64,000 nucleotides of DNA, taken from the NCBI GenBank assembly GCA_965601925.1, contig OZ271854.1:2560001-2624000 (forward strand). The letters are read 5' to 3'. The position numbers and the translations under genes are program-made. The stretch's first letter is position 1. The number at the start of each line of letters is the position of its first letter. The stretch comes from Alkalispirochaeta sp. (GTDB lineage Bacteria; Spirochaetota; Spirochaetia; DSM-27196; Alkalispirochaetaceae). The notes under the pieces were generated by a model, which was not told the origin of the DNA, did not search any database, and saw only the letters and a program-made list of their open reading frames with translations. Of the stretch, positions 13,221 to 22,081 are shown in pieces.

Positions 13221-13946
13221 CTAATGAAACTCGCTATACCGCACACCGTCCTGATCGATCTCCCGCAGTAGCGCGAGCTCCTCCTGCGCGGGCGGCGACA
13301 GTTCCGCGCAATCGGCCGTCTCTGCGATGGGAAAGGCGGTGTTGCGGCGTATCTCGTCGCGATTGGAGTAGGGAAACCACCCCGCCAGACGCAGCTCGCC
13401 GTCCTCTACGCGCAACAGCCCCAACGGGGAGACGACCTCGCGGACATTACCGGCCGCGGTGACGAAGTCGCACCGGTCTGGAAAGCTGCGCCGGTCGTGG
13501 CGCGTACGCCATACGATGGTACGGCGGGCGGTGGGGACGATTGCGGCGCTCCCCGCACCTCCCGGGAGCTTGACCTTGGGTGCATCGAAGCGTCCGATAA
13601 CGCTGTTGTTTATGTTCCCTAACCGATCGATCTGCACGCCCCCCAAAAACGCGACGTCCAGCCGCCCGCGCGCCGAGAGGTCGAAGATATCGACGAGGGA
13701 AAAGAACGATTCGCTTCCTTCGAGAAAACGCGGGGAGCATGTTGAGCTGTCCAGCCGGGTGGGGTCGATGTTTACCCCGCCGGCGATGTTGAGATACAGA
13801 AGCGATCGGTTATGCATGCGCCGCGCCAGTGCGATAGCGACCGCCGGCAGAGGACTTGCAAGGCCGTGAAAGACGGTCTGCGCACCCTTGAGAAGCCGCG
13901 CCATCGTCACCGCCATAGCGTCACCCACAGTTGTTGTATCGATCAT
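13221..13946 (-). CDS. CoA-transferase-fold beta subunit (GctB/AibB-like)
   Basis: GLASPLP, FLGGVQIDRLGNIN and KLPGGAG motifs; overlaps the alpha gene. Confidence 0.8.
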   Translation of the reverse strand: MIDTTTVGDAMAVTMARLLKGAQTVFHGLASPLPAVAIALARRMHNRSLLYLNIAGGVNIDPTRLDSSTCSPRFLEGSESFFSLVDIFDLSARGRLDVAFLGGVQIDRLGNINNSVIGRFDAPKVKLPGGAGSAAIVPTARRTIVWRTRHDRRSFPDRCDFVTAAGNVREVVSPLGLLRVEDGELRLAGWFPYSNRDEIRRNTAFPIAETADCAELSPPAQEELALLREIDQDGVRYSEFH

Positions 13947-14752
13947 TGTTCGCCATCCAAGAGACGGGCCAACGACTCCTCGTCGGCCGCCTCGATCAAA
14001 CTCGTTACGCCCTCCTCGTCGATCTCATACTCGCCGTAACAGCTCCCCGGCGCCGCGCCGCGTGGGGCGTGTACTACGGCATTGACCAGTACCGACGGGA
14101 TATCCACGTGATCCACGGGGACGGGAAGATCCGCCGTCTCGACGATATGTTCCGCGGTCAGCACTACCGTCCGCGCCGCGCGGGCCATAATGAGATCCTC
14201 GTTCTTTGAGCCCACGATGACGCCGTTTCCGGTCGTGTCGGCGTACTGGACGTGCATGACGGCCATGTCTGGAACGATGGCGGGTATCACTACGACGTGC
14301 TCCGTCTCGTCGTACGGATCGGCGATACGGCGGAACGATCGCGCCTCCACCAGATCGCTTCCGTCCAATCCGCGTACCGGAAGAAATCCCAGACCGTAGG
14401 ACGCCGCTCGCAGAGCGGCGATCACCGTATAGCAGGCGTGTTCCCGTGCCTTCACCGCGCCGGACTCTACCGCTCTTCGGTAGTGTCGAGCGAGGCCGAA
14501 GCGAGACTCGTATCCCACGAATCCCGCCGACACGTCGGTCACCATTCCCGCGAGGCACAATAGATCGATATCCCACGCTCCGGCGGTCTTGACGATATGG
14601 AGTTTAAGGTCGCCCCGGCGATGGCGCGCCAACGCTCTGATGAAGGAGTGGGGTACACGATGGAGGCTATTGCCGCCGACGGCGAGGGTCCTTGATCCCG
14701 GCTCGAGAAGTGCCGCGGCGCTACGCATGGAAGTGACTCGTGACGACGTCAT
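13943..14752 (-). CDS. CoA-transferase-fold alpha subunit (GctA-like)
   Basis: GGNSLHRVP, ALRAASYGLGFLP, HVQYADTTGN and GAAPGSCYGEY motifs. Confidence 0.85.
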   Translation of the reverse strand: MTSSRVTSMRSAAALLEPGSRTLAVGGNSLHRVPHSFIRALARHRRGDLKLHIVKTAGAWDIDLLCLAGMVTDVSAGFVGYESRFGLARHYRRAVESGAVKAREHACYTVIAALRAASYGLGFLPVRGLDGSDLVEARSFRRIADPYDETEHVVVIPAIVPDMAVMHVQYADTTGNGVIVGSKNEDLIMARAARTVVLTAEHIVETADLPVPVDHVDIPSVLVNAVVHAPRGAAPGSCYGEYEIDEEGVTSLIEAADEESLARLLDGEQ

Positions 14753-14758
14753 GGACGC

Positions 14759-14767
14759 ATTATACCA
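14759..14767 (-). promoter_or_regulatory. Extended -10 promoter (TGGTATAAT), leaderless CoA-transferase-fold operon
   Basis: TG-G-TATAAT ends 6 nt before the ATG at 14752. Confidence 0.7.
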
Positions 14768-14858
14768 CTATTTCGGAAATATATAGTCTTAAACGTGCAT
14801 GTTTTTCGCCATTAACAAGCCGCAAAAGATGATGAATGTGGTTTTGTGTGTTTTTTTG

Positions 14859-14887
14859 TTGACATCAGGTATAACCGGACCTACAAT
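14859..14887 (+). promoter_or_regulatory. sigma70 promoter of the BMC operon
   Basis: TTGACA(14859)-17 nt-TACAAT(14882); GGAGG RBS before 14923. Confidence 0.8.
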
Positions 14888-14922
14888 CACATGCAACGCA
14901 CGTTGGAGGTGCCGGAGGACGC

Positions 14923-15633
14923 ATGGTAGAGCTTTTGACGTACGCCTACTTGGACCGGTTGCAACCGCAATTTACCGCATTCGTCGCGACGATCGCCAAG
15001 GGGTACCTACCCCTTTCGGGGCAGGCGAGCCTTTGGGTCGAGATCCGCCCCGGCATGGATATCAACCGTCTGACCGACATCGCCCTCAAATCCAATGATG
15101 TGCAGCCCGGTATCATGTATGTGGAGCGCGCCGCGGGTGTGCTTGAGTTCCACAGCTACGACCAAGGCGCGGTCACCGAGGCGGGACACGCAATCCTCGC
15201 ATCCCTCGGCATGACGGTCGAAGATCGTCACAAGCCGGAGCTGGTTGGGTTGGAGACGGTGAAGAACGTCACGGACTTTCAGTGTCAGCTTATCAACCGT
15301 ATGCGTCACGGCAACATGATCCTGCCGGGCGAGACGCTGTTGACTATCGAGACGCAGCCGGCTTCCTACGCCGCATTGGCAGCCAACGAGGCGGAGAAGG
15401 CGGCGCGTATCAATATTCTCGAGGTGCGCGCAATCGGCGCCTTCGGGCGTGTCTATATCGGCGGTGAGGAGGGTGAAGTCCTGGCCGCCAAAGATGCGGC
15501 CGAACGCGCCGTCGGCGATATTGCCGGTCAAGGGCGCCTAAAGGAGATCACGAACCATTGGGTAATGGCGGGTAGAGACGATTCAACGGACGGCAAAGGA
15601 GACGCAAGGATATGGCGGATGCACTGGGGATGA
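14923..15633 (+). CDS. BMC shell protein, permuted tandem-domain BMC-T (CcmP/CsoS1D-like, double-stacking class)
   Basis: [40 protein letters not shown] and [10 protein letters not shown] motifs. Confidence 0.92.
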   Translation: MVELLTYAYLDRLQPQFTAFVATIAKGYLPLSGQASLWVEIRPGMDINRLTDIALKSNDVQPGIMYVERAAGVLEFHSYDQGAVTEAGHAILASLGMTVEDRHKPELVGLETVKNVTDFQCQLINRMRHGNMILPGETLLTIETQPASYAALAANEAEKAARINILEVRAIGAFGRVYIGGEEGEVLAAKDAAERAVGDIAGQGRLKEITNHWVMAGRDDSTDGKGDARIWRMHWG

Positions 15634-15911
15634 TCGAAGCGCAAGGATTTGTCGGCATGGTTGAGGCGGCCGACGCGATGGTCAAAGCCGCTAAGGTGGA
15701 GCTTGTCGGATACGAGAAGACCGGGGGCGGATACGTGACGGCGATCGTGCGCGGAGATGTCGCGGCGGTAAAGGCCGCCACCGAAGCGGGAGCCAAAAGC
15801 GCCGAGCGCGTCGGACGACTGGTGAGCGTTCACGTCATTCCGCGGCCTCACGAGAACGTCGATACGGCGCTCCCTCTGGGGCGTCAGGAACGCGGAAAAG
15901 GCGAGAAGTAA
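15612..15911 (+). CDS. BMC-H hexamer shell protein (PduA/EutM/CcmK family)
   Basis: ALGMIE...[22 protein letters not shown] and HVIPRPH motifs; AAGGA RBS. Confidence 0.97.
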   Translation: MADALGMIEAQGFVGMVEAADAMVKAAKVELVGYEKTGGGYVTAIVRGDVAAVKAATEAGAKSAERVGRLVSVHVIPRPHENVDTALPLGRQERGKGEK

Positions 15912-15923
15912 GGAGCGTGGACG

Positions 15924-16211
15924 GTGAATCTGGCCCGAGTCGTCGGTACGGTGGTTGCTACGCAAAAGGAACCATCGATGGTCGGGAGTACGTTTCTCGT
16001 CTTGGAGCGCTTGGCTCACGACCTGCAATCTGCCGGCGAGTTCGTCGTTGCCGTTGACGCCGTCGGCGCGGGGGAGTCTGAGGTCGTCCTATACGCCACG
16101 GGTTCGTCGGCGCGGCAAACCGCGGTGACGCGTGATCGACCGGCGGACGCGGTCGTGATGGCGATCGTCGACTCGTTTTCCATCGGCGACCGTACGGTGT
16201 TTAGGAAGTAG
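15924..16211 (+). CDS. BMC-P pentamer vertex protein (EutN/CcmL family)
   Basis: MNLARVVGTVVATQK, AVDAVGAG, GSSAR and DAVVMAIVD motifs. Confidence 0.95.
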   Translation: MNLARVVGTVVATQKEPSMVGSTFLVLERLAHDLQSAGEFVVAVDAVGAGESEVVLYATGSSARQTAVTRDRPADAVVMAIVDSFSIGDRTVFRK

Positions 16212-16221
16212 CGGGGAGAGC

Positions 16222-17685
16222 ATGCTCTTACACGAACGCCATCTTGAACAAATCGTCGAACGGGTCGTCTCTCGCCTGACCGAAGAGGGAGTCGGAAGGT
16301 CCGCCGGACGCGTCGTCGCGAATCGAACGCATGAGGGCGCTTCGTTGCGTGATGTGCCGCATCTCGGCGTCTTTCGTGATATTGAGTCAGCCGTTGCCGC
16401 GGCGCAATCCGCCTCGCGAGAACTCTCTCGGCTACCCCTCGCTCGCCGGGATGAGATCGTCGGCGCGATGCGGCGTACCGCTCTGGATCACCTCGAGCTC
16501 CTCGCCGGGACGGCGCGGGAAGAGACCGGTATGGGTCGCGTCGAAGATAAGGTCGAGAAGAACCGCCTCGTCGCCGAGAAGACGCCGGGTGTCGAGGCGT
16601 TGGCTACCGCCGCGACGACCGGCGATCTCGGGATCACCCTCGATGCGCGCGCTCCGTACGGAGTGATCGGCGCCATCATTCCCAGCACCAATCCGACCGA
16701 GACGGTGATCAACAACGGTATCGGAATGTTCGCCGCCGGGAACGCCGTCGTCTTTAACCCGCATCCCGCCGCGGCGCGGTGCTCTTTGGCGATCATGAGT
16801 ATGCTCAATCGCGCCATCGCCGAGGGCGGCGGGCCGGAGCACTCCTTCGTCGCCGTAGAGGAACCGACGATCGATACTGCCACGGCGATTATGCGCGACC
16901 GGGACGTTCCCTTCTTGGCGGTCACCGGATCCGAGGGCGTCGTTGCCGCGGCCATGCAGAGCGGCAAGAAGGTCGTGGCGGCGGGGCCGGGCAATCCGCC
17001 GGCGGTCGTGGACGAGAGCGCCGACATCTCGAAGGCCGCCCGCGATATTCTGGCCGGTGGCTCCCTCGACAATAACATCATTTGCATCGCCGAGAAGGTC
17101 ACCGTCGTCGTCGAGGCGGTCGCCCGGCAGCTGGTAGAGGAGATGGGGAGGGCCGGTGCGTACTGCGCCTCGGCCAACCAAATTCGGCAGCTGCAGAATG
17201 TGTTGTTCGCCCGCGAGCCCGAGCCCGGGCGTCACACGCCGGTACGTCGCGAGTTCGTCGGGCGCGACGCGCGCGTGCTTTTGGAGGCGATCGGTACGCG
17301 CGTCGACGGCGATCCGCGGCTGATCTTGTGTGAGGTCTCACCGGATCACCCTTTTGCATGGACGGAGATGTTGATGCCGGTGATGCCCATCGTGCGGGTG
17401 CGCGACGTCGGCGAGGCGATAGACTACGCGGTCGCGGTTGAGGGTGGGAATCGACACACCGCGAGTATGCATTCCCGTAATATCGACGTCCTCACTGAAA
17501 TGGGGCGACGAATCGGCTGTTCGGTCTATGTGAAAAACGGCCCCAACTACGCCGGCTTGGGCTTAGGCGGCGAAGGAATCACCTCCTTCACCATCGCCTC
17601 TCGCACCGGCGACGGCCTCACCACCGCTCGGACCTTCTCCCGCGCCCAGCGCTGCGCCCTGGTCGGAAACTACGGCATCGTATGA
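16222..17685 (+). CDS. CoA-acylating aldehyde dehydrogenase (EutE/PduP family) with N-terminal encapsulation peptide
   Basis: PSTNP, FNPHP, AGPGNPP, catalytic Cys in DNNIICIAEK, EMLMP and RHTASMHS motifs; N-terminal LEQIVERVVSRL amphipathic helix. Confidence 0.95.
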   Translation: MLLHERHLEQIVERVVSRLTEEGVGRSAGRVVANRTHEGASLRDVPHLGVFRDIESAVAAAQSASRELSRLPLARRDEIVGAMRRTALDHLELLAGTAREETGMGRVEDKVEKNRLVAEKTPGVEALATAATTGDLGITLDARAPYGVIGAIIPSTNPTETVINNGIGMFAAGNAVVFNPHPAAARCSLAIMSMLNRAIAEGGGPEHSFVAVEEPTIDTATAIMRDRDVPFLAVTGSEGVVAAAMQSGKKVVAAGPGNPPAVVDESADISKAARDILAGGSLDNNIICIAEKVTVVVEAVARQLVEEMGRAGAYCASANQIRQLQNVLFAREPEPGRHTPVRREFVGRDARVLLEAIGTRVDGDPRLILCEVSPDHPFAWTEMLMPVMPIVRVRDVGEAIDYAVAVEGGNRHTASMHSRNIDVLTEMGRRIGCSVYVKNGPNYAGLGLGGEGITSFTIASRTGDGLTTARTFSRAQRCALVGNYGIV

Positions 17686-17692
17686 GGCGCAT

Positions 17693-18274
17693 ATGGCGTA
17701 TCGACTGACCATCGTACCGACGCCCGAGACGTTCGGCGCTCTGGAGTTGACCGGCATCGCCCGTGGATACGCGGTGGTAGATCGGATGCTCAAAAAGGCG
17801 CCAGTACGCCTCTTGGACGCCCGCGCATACTGTCCCGGAAAGTTTTTGATCGCAATATCCGGCGACGTCGCCTCCGTAGAAGAGGCGCTGGGGACCGGTA
17901 GTCGCCACGCCGGCGAGGCGCTCTTCGGTACCCTATGTGTCGCAAACATCAACCCGGGAGTCATTGCAGCGATCAACCGCGAGGCTGCGTGTGAGGTCGA
18001 CGACACGCTCGGTGTTGTGGAGAGTTTTTCCGCGGTATCGATCATCGACGCCGCCGACGGTGCGGTCAAAGAGGCGGACGTCGCGATTCACAGCATCAGT
18101 CTGCTGCAGGGGCTCGGCGGCAAGGCGTTTGCGCTGTTTGCCGGAGAGCTTTCGGAGGTTACCGCGGCGATCGAGGCGGCGCGGCGGCGCATACCCGGCG
18201 ATATGCTCGTGGAGGCTCAGATAATCCCCGAGATTTCGCCGGACGTCGCGCGGTTTCTACCGGGGAGGGAGTGA
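17693..18274 (+). CDS. BMC-T shell protein, PduT-like
   Basis: Two BMC domains: GALELTGIARG...CPGKF and LGVVESFS...IDAADGAVK...GLGGK. Confidence 0.92.
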   Translation: MAYRLTIVPTPETFGALELTGIARGYAVVDRMLKKAPVRLLDARAYCPGKFLIAISGDVASVEEALGTGSRHAGEALFGTLCVANINPGVIAAINREAACEVDDTLGVVESFSAVSIIDAADGAVKEADVAIHSISLLQGLGGKAFALFAGELSEVTAAIEAARRRIPGDMLVEAQIIPEISPDVARFLPGRE

Positions 18275-18275
18275 C

Positions 18276-18545
18276 GTGTTTTTGGGACGGGCGATGGGTG
18301 TCGTTGAGGTTACAGTTGCGTGCGACGGCCTATCGGGGGTGCCGTTGTTGTGGGTGCAGCCAGAACGATCCGACGGCGCGCCGGCCGGCTCCGCAATCGT
18401 GGTCGCCGATTCGACCTACCGTGCCGGTCCGGGAGATCGCGTGTATATCGTCGACGGGCGGGAGGCGACCTTTCCGCTTCCCTCGCCGTTTGTCCCCGTC
18501 GACGCGACGATCGTCGGAATCGTCGACGAAGTGGATTGCCCATGA
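18276..18545 (+). CDS. BMC-P pentamer vertex protein 2
   Basis: MFLGRAMG, VVAD...AGPGDRV and PVDATIVGIVD motifs. Confidence 0.88.
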   Translation: MFLGRAMGVVEVTVACDGLSGVPLLWVQPERSDGAPAGSAIVVADSTYRAGPGDRVYIVDGREATFPLPSPFVPVDATIVGIVDEVDCP

Positions 18546-18817
18546 GATTGGGAGTCGTGCGCGGAACGGTTACCGCGACCGTAAAGCATCCCCATTACGA
18601 CGGTCGGCGGCTCTTGGTGGTCGCGCTGTGCGACCCTGCGGGGAACGCCGCCGGTAAAGAGACTGTGGCCGTCGATACGGTCGAGGCGGGAGTCGGGGAC
18701 CGCGTCTTGGTCCTGAAGGAGGGCAACTCGGCGCGGGCCGTGTTGGGATTGGATAAGCCCGCAGTGCAGGAGATGATTGTGGCGATCGTCGATTATGTGG
18801 AAGTAAGAGGAGCGTAG
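18542..18817 (+). CDS. BMC-P pentamer vertex protein 3
   Basis: ATG 18542 overlaps the previous stop; MRLGVVRGTVTATVKH, AVDTVEAGVGDRV and EGNSAR motifs. Confidence 0.92.
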   Translation: MRLGVVRGTVTATVKHPHYDGRRLLVVALCDPAGNAAGKETVAVDTVEAGVGDRVLVLKEGNSARAVLGLDKPAVQEMIVAIVDYVEVRGA

Positions 18818-18819
18818 CG

Positions 18820-19704
18820 ATGTTTCCTACCGAGTTGGAGGCGCGCAAGGACATTGCCCACTACAGTCGCAAGGTGCACGCCCACGGTTTGGTATCGGCC
18901 ACGGACGGTAACCTTTCCGTGCGTCTCGACGACGAACACGTTTTAATTACTCCATCGAGTATTCGCAAAGAGGATATGACGGTCGAAGCGCCGGTTATCG
19001 TGACGATGGCGGGAGAGTTGGCGTGGGGAGAACGGCGTCCATCGACGGAGGTGAAGGTGCATCTCGAAGCGTATCGCCGCCGAAGGGATATCAAAGCGGT
19101 GATTCACGCCCATCCGCCGAAGGCGATCGCCTTTACCATCGCCGGCGCCTCGCTGGATACGTGCGTGCTCCCAGAGGTGGTGGTGACTCTCGGCGACGTC
19201 CCGATAGCGCCGTACGCGACGCCCAGCACCGACGACCTCCCCGCATCCATGAGCGATCTCATTTGCAATAGCGACGTCGTCATGCTTGCGCGCCACGGAA
19301 GTGTTACGGTGGGACCGACCCTTGCCGACGCATTCAAAAAGTTGGAAAAGCTGGAGCATAACGCGGAGATTCTGATATACGCCCGAGTTCTGGGCGGTGC
19401 GACGCCCTTCTCAACGGAGCAGTTGGAAGAGCTTCAGAATTTGCGAACCTTCTACGGCGTCACGACGACGGTCAATGCATGTTCCCGCAGGACGAATGGA
19501 GAGTCGGTGGCGGCGCCGTGCCGGAAGTACGCGGTGGAGTCCGAGATCCATGCGCCTACATATCGGTCCGATCGTGACGTCTCGACGCCGACCCACGGAT
19601 CGGGCGGCGCACCGATCGGCGTTCAGAGAGATCCCGGTGCGACCGATGTCGAGGTAGACGCCCTGATAGATGAGATCGTCGCGCGCGTGCGTGCTCGACT
19701 CTGA
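18820..19704 (+). CDS. Class II (FucA/Ald2-type, metal-dependent) aldolase with C-terminal encapsulation peptide
   Basis: DGNLSVR, ITPS, PSTEVKVH, HAHPP and RHG motifs; long linker then VDALIDEIVARVRARL. Confidence 0.93.
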   Translation: MFPTELEARKDIAHYSRKVHAHGLVSATDGNLSVRLDDEHVLITPSSIRKEDMTVEAPVIVTMAGELAWGERRPSTEVKVHLEAYRRRRDIKAVIHAHPPKAIAFTIAGASLDTCVLPEVVVTLGDVPIAPYATPSTDDLPASMSDLICNSDVVMLARHGSVTVGPTLADAFKKLEKLEHNAEILIYARVLGGATPFSTEQLEELQNLRTFYGVTTTVNACSRRTNGESVAAPCRKYAVESEIHAPTYRSDRDVSTPTHGSGGAPIGVQRDPGATDVEVDALIDEIVARVRARL

Positions 19705-19736
19705 GATAACGTCCAAGAACGATAAGGAGGAACGTC

Positions 19737-20939
19737 GTGGCGTATAAGACCCTCAACGAACGGACAGCGATCGATTATGTGAGTAAAAAAACGCACCCCT
19801 TCTCCGATACCTCGGCGCTGGCGTGTCGTGAAATAGGCGACGGGAATCTCAACATGGTCTTTCGTGTGTGGGATACCGGTGATTCGCATAAGAGCGTGAT
19901 AATCAAACAGTCGCTCCCCCACGCCCGCATAGACGAGAGTATCGTGGCACCCCTGGATCGGGCGCGTATCGAGAGTGAAATGTTGGTGCTCCACGATCGA
20001 CACTGTCCGGGGCTCGCGCCCAAGATTCACGATTACGACCGCGAGATGTACGCGATCGTCATGGAGGATCTCTCGGATCACGTCGTGCTTCGCAAAGGGT
20101 TGATCAAGGGCGTTGTCTACCCGCGCCTGGCCGATCACATGGGGGAGTTTCTCGCTCGTTCGCTTTTTCTGACATCCGATCTGGGCATGGACCCGCAGGA
20201 AAAGAAGGAGTTACAAAAGCAGTTCATTAATCCAGCGCTGTGCAAAATCACTGAGGATCTCGTCTTCAGCGAGCCGTACTTCGACGCCCCGAACAACAAG
20301 ATCGACCCGGAGATTCGCGAGCGCGTCGAAGAGAATTGGAGCGACGGCGCGCTCAAACGGGAGGTCGCCGTCCTCAAGGAGTCGTTCATGACCCACGCTC
20401 AGGCGCTCATTCACGGAGATCTTCACACCGGGAGTGTTTTCGTCACTACCGAGAGCACCAAGGCGTTCGACCCCGAATTCGGCTTCTTCGGTCCCATGGG
20501 ATTCGATATCGGCGCGATTCTGGGCAACCTCATTTTGAATCACGCGAGCCACATCTGGCACACCGCCGACGAGGCGCAGCGCGCCTCGTACCGCGAGTAT
20601 CTTCTGACCACGTTCAAAGGTATTTGGGAGACCTTCTCGCGCCTCTTTCGAGCGTTGTGGCGCGAGAAGGTGACGACGCCTATGGAGAGTAATCCGCTCT
20701 ATATGGAGAGCTACATGAAACGGCTCTTTGCCGACGCCATCGGCTTCGCGGGGTGTAAGATGACGCGGCGCATCGTCGGTCTTGCTCAAGTTGAAGATAT
20801 CCGGTCCATCGAGGACGCCATGGTGCGTGAGGCGGCGCAGGTCACCGCGCTGAATACGGCGCGGGATTTCATCATGAAGCGGCGGGAGTATCGTTCGATC
20901 GACGAGGTTGTAGAGACAGTGCGCGCCCATCAAGTGTAG
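19737..20939 (+). CDS. mtnK: S-methyl-5-thioribose (5-deoxyribose) kinase
   Basis: EIGDGNLNMVF, KQSLP, NPALCKITEDLVF, LIHGDLHTGS, DPEF and RRIVGLA motifs; AAGGAGG RBS. Confidence 0.93.
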   Translation: MAYKTLNERTAIDYVSKKTHPFSDTSALACREIGDGNLNMVFRVWDTGDSHKSVIIKQSLPHARIDESIVAPLDRARIESEMLVLHDRHCPGLAPKIHDYDREMYAIVMEDLSDHVVLRKGLIKGVVYPRLADHMGEFLARSLFLTSDLGMDPQEKKELQKQFINPALCKITEDLVFSEPYFDAPNNKIDPEIRERVEENWSDGALKREVAVLKESFMTHAQALIHGDLHTGSVFVTTESTKAFDPEFGFFGPMGFDIGAILGNLILNHASHIWHTADEAQRASYREYLLTTFKGIWETFSRLFRALWREKVTTPMESNPLYMESYMKRLFADAIGFAGCKMTRRIVGLAQVEDIRSIEDAMVREAAQVTALNTARDFIMKRREYRSIDEVVETVRAHQV

Positions 20940-20978
20940 CCGGTGTGTTATATTCCCCTACGTAGGAGGATGTGACCG

Positions 20979-21761
20979 ATGCTCGCTGTGGAGAGGCGCC
21001 ATGCTATTTTCGGAATACTTCAGGAGACCGGCAGCGTAACGGTCGTCGAGTTGTCGCGACGGTTCGACGTGAGCGAAGAGACGATCCGACGCGATCTCAC
21101 CAAGATGGAGAGCTCCGGATTGCTGCAAAAGACATACGGCGGCGCGTTTCTCAACAGCGGGATGCACCTGGAAGTTCCCGTGACGATGCGGGAGCACACG
21201 TATGTTGAGGGTAAGAACATCATCGGAACCCTCAGCTCGCAGTTGATACATAACGGCGATACTATTTTTCTCGACGCCAGTACGACCGCGGTTTATATCG
21301 CCGAGAACATCCTCGACAAGAAGAATCTCATCGTGATTACCAATGCGCTAAAAGTCGCCGAAACGTTGGCCCGCGGTCCCGGGATCAAAGTTATCTGCGC
21401 CGGGGGGACGTTGAGATCCCAGTCTCTTACGATGGTCGGCAAGGCCGCGGAGACGGCGATTGCCACCTACTTTGCCGACAAAGCCTTCATCTGTTGTGAC
21501 GGCGTCCATCGTCTGCACGGGGTCACGGACGCCAATGAAAAAGAGGCGGAGATTCGCAAACAGATGATGCGTCAGGCCGAGAGCTCGATCCTGGTGGTCG
21601 ACGCAACCAAGTTCGACAAAACGTCGTTCGTCCATATGGCCGATTTCGGCGCCTTCGACGTGATGGTCACCGACCGCGAGGTATCGTCGGAGTGGAGAAC
21701 GACGTTGGAGGAGCACGATGTCCAGCTCCGATGCGGAGTCGCTCCGAGCGGCGCCGCATGA
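20979..21761 (+). CDS. DeoR/GlpR family transcriptional regulator
   Basis: HTH VSEETIRRDL, TYGGA, IFLDASTT and DATKF motifs. Confidence 0.95.
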   Translation: MLAVERRHAIFGILQETGSVTVVELSRRFDVSEETIRRDLTKMESSGLLQKTYGGAFLNSGMHLEVPVTMREHTYVEGKNIIGTLSSQLIHNGDTIFLDASTTAVYIAENILDKKNLIVITNALKVAETLARGPGIKVICAGGTLRSQSLTMVGKAAETAIATYFADKAFICCDGVHRLHGVTDANEKEAEIRKQMMRQAESSILVVDATKFDKTSFVHMADFGAFDVMVTDREVSSEWRTTLEEHDVQLRCGVAPSGAA

Positions 21762-21967
21762 ACCGTCGATTCGGGGGAGCCGCGTCGTCGTGAACGCTTC
21801 TGGCGACCGAGGCGCGTAAAAAGTCACCACATTCATGTCTTTCTCTCCGATATACGCGCGGCACGGTATCGACGCCCTCTCCGGAATGTGTCGGAAGTGA
21901 CGGCGTTCGATCTATCTCCGTTTTTTCATAGAAAACCACATAAACAGTCATCAAGATAAAAAATCAT

Positions 21968-21996
21968 TTGACATTGCACGATTGTGGGAGCATAAT
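21968..21996 (+). promoter_or_regulatory. sigma70 promoter of the transporter/mtnA operon
   Basis: TTGACA-17 nt-CATAAT. Confidence 0.8.
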
Positions 21997-22081
21997 TCTG
22001 GAAAACCAGCTAAGAAACAACATTAGCTTGGTATAAAACCACAAAATTGGCATATCATATGCCGGGTACAAGGAGGGGAAG

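Noticed and set aside
14923..19704. Ethanolamine, propanediol or carboxysome BMC
   Set aside because: No EutBC, PduCDE, glycyl-radical enzyme or Rubisco gene in the window
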